Assembly: GCA_034434535.1 (NCBI GenBank)
Contig: DAOTZC010000012.1
Coordinates: 510,128 to 574,127, forward strand
Origin: Anaerolineales bacterium
GTDB taxonomy: Bacteria; Chloroflexota; Anaerolineae; Anaerolineales; Villigracilaceae
Direction: 5' to 3'
DNA: 64,000 bases
Shown: piece after piece, positions 34,513 through 43,454 of the stretch
Position numbering within the stretch: the stretch's first letter is position 1
Layout of the letters: each line of letters begins with the position of its first letter
Notes under the pieces: generated by a model
What the model saw: the letters and a program-made list of their open reading frames with translations, nothing else
The model's database searches: none
Told to the model about the DNA's origin: nothing
Made by a program: the position numbers and the translations under genes

Positions 34513-35466
34513 ATGCGTAGCTTTGCCGGTCGTGATATTCTCTCGCTCAAGGAATTTGAGCGCAACGAGTTCTTCCGCGTTTTTGAAGTGGCCGAAACGC
34601 TGGAACCAATTGCCCGCAACCGCCGCAACGCCGAACTGCTCAAAGAGAAGACGCTGGTTGCCGCCTTCTATCAGCCATCCACCCGCACGCGGCTGGCGCA
34701 CGAGGCCGCCATGCACCGCCTGGGCGGGCATGTGGTAGGGTTTGCCGACCCCAAAATGACCCGCGCCGGTGATTTCTACCAGGAATCCATCAAAGACACC
34801 GTCAAAATGCTCGAATACTATGGCGATGTCATCGTCATGCGCCACTTCCAGCAGGGCGCGCCGCACGAGGCCGCCAAATGGGCCAGCATTCCGGTCATCA
34901 ACGGCGGCGATGGCTGGGGCGAGCATCCCACCCAGATTCTCGCCGACCTGTACACCGTCCTGCGTGAAAAAGGCCGCATTGACGGCCTCAAGTGGCTGGC
35001 GGTGGGCGATATGCGCATGAGAACCATGCACTCGCTCGGCTATGCCCTCAGCCAGTTCGACTGCCCCATCACCTTTGTTGCCCCGCCCGACATGGGCCTG
35101 ACCCCCGAATTCAAAGCCGAAATGAAGCAGCTCAGCGTCAACTTCAGCGAAAAAGAACACGTTGAGCAGGCCATCGCCGAAGCCGATGTCATCCTGGTCG
35201 AACCGGTTGTTCAGCCCGATTACACCAAAAGCCGCGATGAACGCTCCGGCAGCGTGGGCCTGACCCCGGCCAATTACAAAATCACCCGTGAACTGCTCGA
35301 AACCAAAGCCAAATCTGACGCCATCCTGCTCCATTCCCTGCCGCGCATGGACGAAGTCCCCACCGATGTGGACATCACCCGCTGGTCGCGCTACTGGCAG
35401 GAAGCCTTCAATGGCGTCGTCATGCGCATGGCGCTGCTTGCGCTGGTTTTGGGAGCAATGGAGTAG
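34513..35466 (+). CDS. aspartate-carbamoyltransferase-like transcarbamoylase, atypical paralogue
   Basis: STRTR, VMRH, EHPTQ, RMRTMHS, HSLPR and NGVVMRMALLALVLG are collinear with PyrB. The TRVQKER segment reads EPVVQPD (about 35200-35220), and the KK loop reads AGDFYQ. Confidence 0.7.
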   Translation: MRSFAGRDILSLKEFERNEFFRVFEVAETLEPIARNRRNAELLKEKTLVAAFYQPSTRTRLAHEAAMHRLGGHVVGFADPKMTRAGDFYQESIKDTVKMLEYYGDVIVMRHFQQGAPHEAAKWASIPVINGGDGWGEHPTQILADLYTVLREKGRIDGLKWLAVGDMRMRTMHSLGYALSQFDCPITFVAPPDMGLTPEFKAEMKQLSVNFSEKEHVEQAIAEADVILVEPVVQPDYTKSRDERSGSVGLTPANYKITRELLETKAKSDAILLHSLPRMDEVPTDVDITRWSRYWQEAFNGVVMRMALLALVLGAME

Positions 35467-35514
35467 TCCCTCACCCCTGGCCCTCTCCCAGAGCGGGAGA
35501 GGGGAGAAAAACGC

Positions 35515-36033
35515 ATGAAAACCATCGAAATCCGCCGTCACTCCATCCGCAACAAACCCGGCCAGGATTTATCGGAACAGGGCGTGGCGTTGGCGCGTCT
35601 GGTAGGCCTGGAAATGGGCAAGTTTCACCGGGTCATCACCAGTCCCGCGCCGCGCGCCGTGCAAACCGCCCAGGCCATGGGCTTCGAGGTCGATGCCACT
35701 GAGCCGCTCATCGCCACGTATGGGGATGATGTGGAGATGGAATGTCCCTGGCCCGCCAGTTTTTCCGATTACGCAGCCGCCTACCGGCGAGGGGGCGCGG
35801 CCTTTTCCTACGCCCGACGCCTCGCTGGTTTCTATGACCAACTGGCCGAATCTCTGCCCGAGGGTGGCTCGGCGCTGGTAGTCAATCATGGCGGCGTGGT
35901 CGAACTCAGCGCCGTTGGCTGCCTTCCCGCCGCCGATTTCGCCGCGCTGGGAGATTACATCGAATGCTGCGAGGGCATTCGCCTGAGCTGGCAGGATGGC
36001 CAGTTTATCGATTTGCAAGTCTTACGCGTGTGA
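35515..36033 (+). CDS. histidine phosphatase (phosphoglycerate-mutase-like) family protein
   Basis: IRRHS (RHG-type motif), ITSPAPRAVQTA, VVNHGGVVE. Confidence 0.7.
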   Translation: MKTIEIRRHSIRNKPGQDLSEQGVALARLVGLEMGKFHRVITSPAPRAVQTAQAMGFEVDATEPLIATYGDDVEMECPWPASFSDYAAAYRRGGAAFSYARRLAGFYDQLAESLPEGGSALVVNHGGVVELSAVGCLPAADFAALGDYIECCEGIRLSWQDGQFIDLQVLRV

Positions 36034-36080
36034 CCCTCACACCTGATACTTGACAACTCACACAAAAGGAGTATTTCAAT

Positions 36081-37070
36081 ATGCAAACCAACTTCCGTGG
36101 TCGTGATTTTATCGGCGACCTCGACTTCACCAAAGAAGAAGTCGAAACCGTTCTCGATGTGGCCTGGGACCTGAAGCGCAAGCGCGCTCTCGGCGAACCG
36201 CACCCCTACCTGCGCGATAAAGTCCTCGCCATGTTGTTCTTTTTCTCCTCCACCCGCACGCGCGGCTCGTTCGAGGCTGGCATGGCGCAGTTGGGCGGCC
36301 ATGCGGCCTTCATTGACAGCAACACCACCCAAATTGCGCACGGCGATACCCCGGTCGAAATTGGCGAAATCTTTGGCCGCTATTTTGACGGCATCGCCAT
36401 CCGTCACTGCGACTTTGGCGATGGCAACAAGTACCTGAACGATGTTGCCAAAAACAGCCGCGCCCCCGTTCTGAACATGCAGTGCGACATCTATCATCCC
36501 TTCCAGTGCCTGGCCGACCTGATGACCATCATAGAAAAGAAAGGCCGCGACCTGCGCAAAAAGAAAATCGTTGTCTCGTGGGCCTATGCCGCCTCGTACC
36601 TCAAGCCCATTTCCGTGCCGCAGTCGCTCATCCTGCAAATGCCGCGCTTTGGCATGGATGTCACCCTGGCCTACCCGCCCGGCTTCCACCTTATGCCCGA
36701 GATTGTGGAACAGGCCAAAGAACAGGCCAGGATTGCCGGAACTGCCTTTGAAATCATCGAAGACCCCGACGGCATGACCGAAGCCTGCAAAGATGCCGAT
36801 GTCATCTACGCCAAGAGTTGGGGTCCGCTGCTGACCACCAATGACAAGGTGGAAGGCAAGAAACTGCAGGATTCCTTCAAAAACTGGCTGATGGATGACG
36901 ACAAACTGAAAGTTGCCAAACCCGATGCCATCTACATGCACCCCCTGCCCGCCGACCGCGATATTGAAGTCACCAGCGCCGTGCTGGATGGCCCGCACTC
37001 GGTGGTCTTTGACGAAGCCGAAAACCGCCTGCACGCTCAAAAAGCCGTCATGGCGCTGACGATGTCTTAG
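36081..37070 (+). CDS. YgeW-like (knotted-type) carbamoyltransferase
   Basis: STRTR, QIAHGDT, NMQCDIYHPFQCLADL, KKIVVSWAYAASYLKPISVPQS, RFGMDVTLAYPPGF, DADVIYAKSWGP and YMHPLPAD match my recollection of E. coli YgeW segment by segment. The canonical OTCase DxxxSMG motif is absent. Confidence 0.65.
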   Translation: MQTNFRGRDFIGDLDFTKEEVETVLDVAWDLKRKRALGEPHPYLRDKVLAMLFFFSSTRTRGSFEAGMAQLGGHAAFIDSNTTQIAHGDTPVEIGEIFGRYFDGIAIRHCDFGDGNKYLNDVAKNSRAPVLNMQCDIYHPFQCLADLMTIIEKKGRDLRKKKIVVSWAYAASYLKPISVPQSLILQMPRFGMDVTLAYPPGFHLMPEIVEQAKEQARIAGTAFEIIEDPDGMTEACKDADVIYAKSWGPLLTTNDKVEGKKLQDSFKNWLMDDDKLKVAKPDAIYMHPLPADRDIEVTSAVLDGPHSVVFDEAENRLHAQKAVMALTMS

Positions 37071-37100
37071 CGCGGAATTCATTCCACCGCCTGAGCGCAG

Positions 37101-37135
37101 AAGGTGACCGTTACCCGTCAGGAGACGGTCACCTT
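37101..37135 (+). terminator. stem-loop after the transcarbamoylase gene (weak terminator or operator)
   Basis: AAGGTGACCG (37101-37110) pairs with CGGTCACCTT (37126-37135), with a 15-nt loop and no clear T-tract. A related GTTACCGGTCAC lies 15 nt downstream. Confidence 0.3.
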
Positions 37136-37205
37136 TAGGTAAAAATTGATGTTACCGGTCACATTAAATCGAGTAAAATAGCGCTATCCAAATCGCTATT
37201 CGGAG

Positions 37206-38624
37206 ATGAAACCCATGACCATTTCTGCCCTGCAAGAAGAACGTGTTCCGCTTGCCAGCCGCATCTGGATTTCGCTGGCCGATGCTTCGGTTGCCATCCT
37301 GCAATCTCTGGTGGCTGCCGGGGCGCTAACCTATTACTTCGTTAACCTGCGCGGCCTCTCGACCTATTACACCGGCATTGTCTGGTTGCTTTTTGGCATC
37401 TGGAATGCGGTTAACGACCCGCTCTTTGGCTACATCAGCGACCGGACAAAGAGCAATCTTGGGCGGCGCATTCCTTACATCCGCTTTGGGACACCGATTT
37501 TCGTGCTGGGCTTTATCCTCTTCTGGTTAGATGTGCCGGGCGTCAACTCTCAGTTTGGCTTGTTTGTTCAAATGTTGTTGGCGCTCTTCATTTACGATGC
37601 GCTTTATACGGCCATTGCCACCAGCCTGTACATCATGCCCTATGAGGTTGCTATCTCGAACAAAGCGCGCTCCAGTATTTTCGTTTGGAAAATTATCTTT
37701 ATGGTATTTACCATTGTCGTTCCGGTTGCCATCGAAGGCACCATCAAGCCAGAAGTGGGCGACCTGGCCGGAATCAGTTTTTTTCGCTGGTTTATGATTC
37801 TGTTTTCGATTGGGATGGGCTTGATTATCTATTTCAGCACGTTTTTCTATAAAGAGAAACACTACACTCAGGAAGATGAACAGCCGGGCTTTTTCAGCGC
37901 CCTGTTCCAATGCTTCCGCAACCGCTCCTTTGTCATTTTCGAAGTCATCAGTTTCACGATTATTTTTGTGCAGACTTCGCTTATGCAGGGTCTGTGGTAC
38001 TACTTCGACGAAATTGATGTGACTCGCGTCCCGCTCTATGTTGCTTTGGCGGCTGGTATTATCGGCGGCGTCTTTCTGTGGATTAATCGCCGTGAACCAT
38101 GGGGAGTCAAACTTAGCACGCGTCTCTTCAGCCTGGCCTTTGCGCTTGGCTGTTTTCTCATCGTTTTGCTCGGCAAAAACACGGTAGCGGCCACTCTCGC
38201 CTTTTTCCTGTTTGGGATTGGTTTTGCCGGCGGCATGTACCTGATTCCACTGATGAACGGTGACGTGGTTGACATGGATGAACATCGTACCGGTTTGCGC
38301 CGCGAAGGGATGTATGCCGGGGTCAATAGCTTTATCACCAAACCAGCCATCAGCCTGGCCCAGTGGGTTTTGCTGACCCTGATGACGGCCTGGGGGTATG
38401 ACCAAACGTTGGGCAAAGGACTGCAATCGGCCAGCGCCGAAACCGGGATTTTACTCGGCTGGGCGCTGGTGCCGGGCATCTTGCTGTTCGTTTCCTTCCT
38501 GGTTCTTCATTGGTACCCGCTCGACGGCTCTGAATGGCTCGGCATCAAGGCCAAACTGGCTGAAATCCATAAAGAGAAAGAGCGAAAATACCTCGAATCG
38601 AAAGGGTATAAAATGGTGGATTAG
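37206..38624 (+). CDS. GPH-family (glycoside-pentoside-hexuronide:cation symporter) MFS transporter
   Basis: 12 TMs. The DRTKSNLGRRIPYI loop is typical of MelB/GPH transporters. Confidence 0.8.
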   Translation: MKPMTISALQEERVPLASRIWISLADASVAILQSLVAAGALTYYFVNLRGLSTYYTGIVWLLFGIWNAVNDPLFGYISDRTKSNLGRRIPYIRFGTPIFVLGFILFWLDVPGVNSQFGLFVQMLLALFIYDALYTAIATSLYIMPYEVAISNKARSSIFVWKIIFMVFTIVVPVAIEGTIKPEVGDLAGISFFRWFMILFSIGMGLIIYFSTFFYKEKHYTQEDEQPGFFSALFQCFRNRSFVIFEVISFTIIFVQTSLMQGLWYYFDEIDVTRVPLYVALAAGIIGGVFLWINRREPWGVKLSTRLFSLAFALGCFLIVLLGKNTVAATLAFFLFGIGFAGGMYLIPLMNGDVVDMDEHRTGLRREGMYAGVNSFITKPAISLAQWVLLTLMTAWGYDQTLGKGLQSASAETGILLGWALVPGILLFVSFLVLHWYPLDGSEWLGIKAKLAEIHKEKERKYLESKGYKMVD

Positions 38625-38667
38625 CGCCAAAAAAATCGAGCGGCTTGCCGCTCGATTTTTTTGGCGC
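38624..38667. terminator. bidirectional rho-independent terminator
   Basis: Perfect 20-bp inverted repeat GCGCCAAAAAAATCGAGCGG / CCGCTCGATTTTTTTGGCGC with loop CTTG. It has an A7 run on one side and a T7 run on the other. Confidence 0.85.
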
Positions 38668-38725
38668 ATCTGAATTCGCGATATAATCTTTCTGCTTTGG
38701 AATTTTTTATTGCCGAAAGGGAATT

Positions 38726-39211
38726 ATGCCGCATCGAAAACTTAACCTTGACCAGTTGGATTACGCCATCATCCAGGCTCTCCACGCTGACGCGCGCATG
38801 GCCGCCTCTGCGATTGCTCGTCAGACCGGCACCAATGAGCGCACCGTGCGCAAGCGCATCGACCGGCTGGTTGAGGATGGCGTTATTCGTTTGACTGCCA
38901 TCCTCAACCCGCTGGCTTTTGGCTATGTCACCGCTGCCGACATCTTGCTCGATGCTGACCCGGCCCACGAGGCGGAAATATTGCAAACGCTGATGTCGAT
39001 GCCTGAAATCACCTATCTTGCTTTTGGGCAGGGCAATACTGAAATGTCCATTGAAGCCCGCTTCAAAGATAACGATGCCTTGCGTGAATTCATTCGTCAT
39101 ACCCTGCCGACCATCCCTGGTCTGACGGTGACCCGCTATGCGCTTGTCCCACGCATCTTGCGAAACATCGATGAGTGGCTGCCACCCAGGGCCGATTTTG
39201 GGCTGGAATAA
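38726..39211 (+). CDS. Lrp/AsnC-family transcriptional regulator
   Basis: LDYAIIQALHADARMAASAIARQTGTNERTVRKRIDRLVEDGVI (HTH_AsnC) plus a RAM-like C-terminal half. Confidence 0.85.
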   Translation: MPHRKLNLDQLDYAIIQALHADARMAASAIARQTGTNERTVRKRIDRLVEDGVIRLTAILNPLAFGYVTAADILLDADPAHEAEILQTLMSMPEITYLAFGQGNTEMSIEARFKDNDALREFIRHTLPTIPGLTVTRYALVPRILRNIDEWLPPRADFGLE

Positions 39212-39237
39212 CGCCAGGAAACTTTTTAAGAGATTGC

Positions 39238-39792
39238 ATGAAACCCTGGAAGACTCTTTCTCGTCAATTGGTTCTGGACTTTAGCCGCTTTCTTTCCGTG
39301 GAAAGTCACACGGTCGAATTGCCCGATGGACAGGTCATCGAAAACTGGCCCTGGGTCATCATTCCTGAATTTGTGGATGTGCTGCCTGTGTTGGAAGATG
39401 GCCGCATTTTGTGTATGCGCCAGTTCAAATATGGCGTGGGCGAAGTTTCACTCTCCACCATGGGCGGCATGATTGACGCTGGGGAGACGCCTGAGCAGGC
39501 TGCCCGCCGCGAAATGCTCGAGGAGATGGGGTGCGAGGCGCGCGAGATGATTTTCCTGGGGAAATACGCCGTCGATGCCAACCGCCGTTGTGGCACGGCG
39601 TACTTGTTTCTGGCGCTGGATGCCCGCCAGGTGGCTGAACCCAACTCTGGTGACCTGGAAGAGCAGGAAATTATTCCCCTGACCCGTGAGGAGGTTCGCC
39701 AATCGATGTTGAATGGCGAGTTCAAGATGCTCTCGTGGACGACCACTGTTGGGTTGGGGTTGGCCTGGCTTGACCGAAATATCCCCCAATAG
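39238..39792 (+). CDS. NUDIX hydrolase
   Basis: Start set at ATG 39238 (after the Lrp stop at 39211). Nudix box GGMIDAGETPEQAARREMLEEMG. Confidence 0.8.
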   Translation: MKPWKTLSRQLVLDFSRFLSVESHTVELPDGQVIENWPWVIIPEFVDVLPVLEDGRILCMRQFKYGVGEVSLSTMGGMIDAGETPEQAARREMLEEMGCEAREMIFLGKYAVDANRRCGTAYLFLALDARQVAEPNSGDLEEQEIIPLTREEVRQSMLNGEFKMLSWTTTVGLGLAWLDRNIPQ

Positions 39793-39822
39793 CCCAGAGC
39801 CACGCTATCTCTTAATAATAAA

Positions 39823-39854
39823 AACTTCCCGAAGGCCAAACCCTTCGGGAAGTT
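39823..39854 (-). terminator. rho-independent terminator between convergent genes
   Basis: AACTTCCCGAAGG / CCTTCGGGAAGTT (13-bp stem). On the minus strand it is followed by TTTTATTATTA. Confidence 0.7.
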
Positions 39855-39871
39855 GATTAAGAACCAGAGAT

Positions 39872-41008
39872 TTATGGATATGTAGATATTGTTGCCGTTG
39901 CGGTTGGTGTTGGCGTTACTGTGGGAGGCGGCGTGACCGACGGTTGGACAGTGGGCGTAAAGGTTGCGCCTGGTACCACGATGCGCGACGTGAAACTTGG
40001 CCCAAACAGCGTGCCGGTGTCGGTCATCAGACGCCAGGTGCTGGTATAGGTGCCAGGCGCTGTGGGGGCGGTGAAGTCCAGGTAGTATTCGATGGTGCCG
40101 TTTGTTTTGATGGTTCCCCGACGCAATCGGTTGGTCGTATTATCCCGCAAAATGTCACCGCTGATGTACACGAACCTGAAATCGCTGTTCCATTCGCAAG
40201 TGCCGGTATTCTTGATGACCCAGGTCTTGCGGAAGGTATCGCCCGCTTTTATATTCACGCCGTCCTGTGGTGATGCGCTCACCAGCATGGCGTTATAGCA
40301 CCCAACTGCGCCAAAAGTCGCTGTGGGGGAGGGGAGAACGGTGCCCGTGCCGGGTGTAACCGGCGTGCCTGCTACCACGATTTGTACATAAACTAAACCG
40401 CCAAAAGCCTGACCGGTGTCGGTAGAAAGCGTCCAATAGCCAACATAGGTTTTAGAGGTCGAGGGCGCAGTCAGCGTCACTGAGATATCTGCTGTTGCGC
40501 CTGGGTTGACGGTCTGATTGATGGGGGTCGATACGCCGCCCATCGCATCGCCTCGTACGAAAGTCAGTTTGTAATTCGTGTTCCAGGCGCAGGTGCCTGT
40601 GTTTTGCACCTTCCAGGTTTTGGTGAAGGTCGTTCCTGGGGCAATTTGCTGGTTGTCGGGGATGGTGACATCAGCAACATATGCCGAATTGTTGCATCCT
40701 ACCGCGCCTGCCCCACCCGTGCTACCGCCCGAAATGGGCGGAAGGGCGGTGGCAGCCGGGGTATTTGTGACTCCGAGCGTAGGGGTGATGGTCACCGTTT
40801 CAGTCGGAGAGGGGGTAAGCGTAGGACTGGGTTGGGCAGCGGCAGTGCCAGTCAGTTGGGCTTCTACCGTTTGGGCAGCCGAAGTATAAACTGCCTCGAT
40901 GCCGATTTCTGTAGGGGTTGGTTGGCTGTTTGCTGTGTTGCACGCAGAAAGCGCCAGGGCGCTTATCATCAGGGTCAGGAAAATTTTGATATGTGGTTTG
41001 TCTGCCAT
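39872..41008 (-). CDS. secreted lipoprotein with two tandem NBR1-like Ig-fold domains and Pro/Thr linkers
   Basis: ATG 41008 with RBS GGAGG. Lipobox LALSA-C. Two repeats each carry C...W(K/V)(V/I)xNTGTC(A/E)WN and a later Y(V/T)xxW(T/R)L motif, as in N_BRCA1_IG-type domains. Confidence 0.6.
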   Translation of the reverse strand: MADKPHIKIFLTLMISALALSACNTANSQPTPTEIGIEAVYTSAAQTVEAQLTGTAAAQPSPTLTPSPTETVTITPTLGVTNTPAATALPPISGGSTGGAGAVGCNNSAYVADVTIPDNQQIAPGTTFTKTWKVQNTGTCAWNTNYKLTFVRGDAMGGVSTPINQTVNPGATADISVTLTAPSTSKTYVGYWTLSTDTGQAFGGLVYVQIVVAGTPVTPGTGTVLPSPTATFGAVGCYNAMLVSASPQDGVNIKAGDTFRKTWVIKNTGTCEWNSDFRFVYISGDILRDNTTNRLRRGTIKTNGTIEYYLDFTAPTAPGTYTSTWRLMTDTGTLFGPSFTSRIVVPGATFTPTVQPSVTPPPTVTPTPTATATISTYP

Positions 41009-41099
41009 GGAACCTCCAGATAGGTGGGTATACCATAACAAGACGAACCTGGCAAAGGAAAAGTTCCAAAAACTTATGTTTTTTTAATGTGAAATCGGT

Positions 41100-42074
41100 T
41101 TATGGTCTCCATTCTAAAAAGACTTGCAGTACTCTTAAATTCATCTCGAATTCTGTATCGCGGTGATTGGTCAATTCTATATCTATCGCGGGGATGTTGC
41201 GGGTGTTGGCGGCCCAGTCGGTCAGGTTGCCGGTGTAATCGCATCCGGTATCGATGGGCGGCCAGGGGTAAGTGGTGACTTCGGATACTGCCTGAGCGAG
41301 ACGGATGGAGGGGGGAAAATCGGGTCGGCCCCCGGCGAAGATGCCAAGCGCTGCGCTGTGATAACTGATAATTGCTGCCGGTTTGACCTGGTCGATGAAC
41401 GCGATTAACGCCTGCACTTCTGGTTCGGAACCGGCATATTCGCCGCCCGTGATAGGACGCCAAATCCAACAGCCGTCACGCGGCCAGTCAGCTTTCCAGT
41501 TGTAAGGCCAATTGCGGTTCAAGTCGACATTGTTGGCATTAGCGCGTCCATCCACGCCGATTTTGCGAGCATAGCCATCTGGGTTCAGGTTGGGCAGGAT
41601 GTAAAGGCTGGTATCGGAGGGGATGTGCTCTGGGTGGTCGCCGAGGTAGGCAATCAGTTCGTTTGCAAGCGCAATGGTGTTATGTTCGTAGCCGCCATGA
41701 ATGCCTGCCACAATCAGTTTGACGGATGGCCCATTCCCAAAGCGGTGAACTTCCAGGGAGCGTCCTTCTACCGATTTGCCAATCTCCCGCACGTTAGCCG
41801 GGCGCACTGCCCAGGGGGTCAGGCTTGGGGCAGGGGAGGGGGTGGGCCAGGGCGTAATGGTGGCTCTTCTCGTTGGGGCTGGCCAAGGGGTGACGGTTGG
41901 CCTGGGGGTGCGGGTCGGATGTTTTAACGGTGCAAAGGCTTGTGCGGGGTTGGATTCGGCCCGAGCTTGGGGCAGGTTGGTTAACCAGAGCCAGCCTCCG
42001 GCCAGGAGAAGGCACAGGAGCAGGTTTCCTATCCATAAAACTGCCGCCAACCCGTGCAGGTGTTTTCCGCTCAT
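41100..42074 (-). CDS. M14-family zinc carboxypeptidase, membrane-anchored
   Basis: ATG 42074 overlaps the cinA stop (ATGA); the TTG at 42098 is the alternative. N-terminal TM, Pro-rich linker, HxxE zinc motif in AGIHGGYEHNT, and a later ISYHSA. Confidence 0.7.
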   Translation of the reverse strand: MSGKHLHGLAAVLWIGNLLLCLLLAGGWLWLTNLPQARAESNPAQAFAPLKHPTRTPRPTVTPWPAPTRRATITPWPTPSPAPSLTPWAVRPANVREIGKSVEGRSLEVHRFGNGPSVKLIVAGIHGGYEHNTIALANELIAYLGDHPEHIPSDTSLYILPNLNPDGYARKIGVDGRANANNVDLNRNWPYNWKADWPRDGCWIWRPITGGEYAGSEPEVQALIAFIDQVKPAAIISYHSAALGIFAGGRPDFPPSIRLAQAVSEVTTYPWPPIDTGCDYTGNLTDWAANTRNIPAIDIELTNHRDTEFEMNLRVLQVFLEWRP

Positions 42075-43231
42075 CCATTTACCCGGCTGCGCAGCCAATC
42101 CAGGGCGGAATTTACGCCCCAGGCGGCGACATTTTTGGGATGTCCGCCGTAGCCGCGTTTTTCTGCGAATTGGGCATGATGGGTGATGAGGAAGAATTCG
42201 GCTTCGGATGCGCCTGTGGCTGGCGTGACCGCTACTCCAAGCGCGATGCTCGCTCCGGTGGTGTTTTTCTGGGCGGATACTGTCTCTGCGAACGACTGGT
42301 CTTTTGCCAGGGCGGGCAGGATTTGCCCGCCGAGGAAGGCGCCGTTGTTGGAACTGGAGAGCCGACGGGAGAGTTCGCCCCCTGTGCCGATTTCGACCAC
42401 GGTGAGCGTGTAACCAAATGAGTGGAGCGCGCGTAAAACGACGGATTCGAGCGTTTCGTCATTTACGCCGTAGATGACATTGCCCAATTTTTGGCGGATG
42501 GCGGTTTCGACCTGGGCGATGAGTGAATCGGCCTCTTCTTCGCTTGCGGCTTTGGCGGTGATGCGGATATCGACTACGCCGTAATGTGCTGCCAGGCCAA
42601 CGGTAGGGTTGGCGAGTTTTTCAAATTCACCGATGTGTTCGTCAATGACGCTTTCGCCCATCCCGGCGGTGTGCAGGATGCGGGCCTTGATGAGGCCGTT
42701 CAGGTAGTAGCGCGTTCGCAAGTAGGGGAAGACTTCGTTTTCTGCTAAGTATTCCATTTCTCTCGGCACGCCCGGCAGGGAGATGACGCATTTTGAGCCG
42801 TTTTCTACAATGAATGCTGGGGCGGTGCCGACGGGGTTTTTAATGGGGATAGCCCCCATGGGAATGTACGCTTGACGCTTTTGGTTTTCGGTGGGAAAGC
42901 GCCCAAAGCGTTGCATTCGTTCGACAATCTGGTCCCATAGTTCGGGCAGGTAAATGGTTGAGACGCCAAAGGCCAGGGCCACGGCTTCGCGGGTTGGGTC
43001 GTCGACGGTTGGGCCGAGGCCGCCGGTGGTGATGATAATGTCGGCGCGCTGGAGCGTCTCGCGGATGACTTCGGCGATGCGGTTGGTGTTATCGCCGACG
43101 GTGGAGGTGCGGAAGACATCCACGTTTAAATTTCGCAGTTCGCGTGCCAGCCAGGCCGAATTGGTATCAACGATTTCGCCGAGCAGGATTTCTGTTCCAA
43201 TGGTGATGATTTCAGCAGCGGGCATATACAA
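42071..43231 (-). CDS. cinA: CinA-family competence/damage-inducible protein (MoCF-binding N-domain)
   Basis: TTG start at 43231. AEIITIGTEILLGEIVDTNSAWLARELRNLNVDVFRTSTVGDN and IIITTGGLGPTVDDPTREA are hallmark CinA N-domain segments. Confidence 0.8.
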   Translation of the reverse strand: MYMPAAEIITIGTEILLGEIVDTNSAWLARELRNLNVDVFRTSTVGDNTNRIAEVIRETLQRADIIITTGGLGPTVDDPTREAVALAFGVSTIYLPELWDQIVERMQRFGRFPTENQKRQAYIPMGAIPIKNPVGTAPAFIVENGSKCVISLPGVPREMEYLAENEVFPYLRTRYYLNGLIKARILHTAGMGESVIDEHIGEFEKLANPTVGLAAHYGVVDIRITAKAASEEEADSLIAQVETAIRQKLGNVIYGVNDETLESVVLRALHSFGYTLTVVEIGTGGELSRRLSSSNNGAFLGGQILPALAKDQSFAETVSAQKNTTGASIALGVAVTPATGASEAEFFLITHHAQFAEKRGYGGHPKNVAAWGVNSALDWLRSRVNG

Positions 43232-43400
43232 TGTTCGATTTTGGGCTTGGGATGGCTAAGTTGGTCATCGGTGATTGGTAACTGCTTTCCGGTTGTTTGT
43301 TTGCGTTTGCAGTTCCATCTCCTTTCGCTATTTTACCGTATTCAGTCCGATTTACGAGAAATTGTGAAACTCGATATGCTTTTTTTATGACAAGATGCGC

Positions 43401-43429
43401 TTGCCGAGGAGGGGGATTTGGTCTACACT
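43401..43429 (+). promoter_or_regulatory. sigma70-like promoter for the moaD-like/aor pair
   Basis: TTGCCG (43401-43406), a 17-nt spacer, then TACACT (43424-43429). RBS GGAGAA at 43443-43448 precedes ATG 43455. Confidence 0.4.
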
Positions 43430-43454
43430 TGTTCTATCAGATGGAGAATGGCCG

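Noticed and set aside
34513-37070. Annotating the two transcarbamoylases simply as pyrB and argF.
   Set aside because: The first lacks the RVQKER aspartate-binding segment and has no pyrC/pyrI context. The second lacks the SMG ornithine motif and matches the YgeW pattern. The neighbours are catabolic-type, not arginine or pyrimidine biosynthetic.
33529-37082. Three long antisense ORFs (33529-34440, 34459-35541 and 35955-37082) opposite the M20 and transcarbamoylase genes.
   Set aside because: Same reasoning as above. They are opposite well-supported genes, have no recognisable domains, and have a composition typical of the reverse frame of GC-rich genes.
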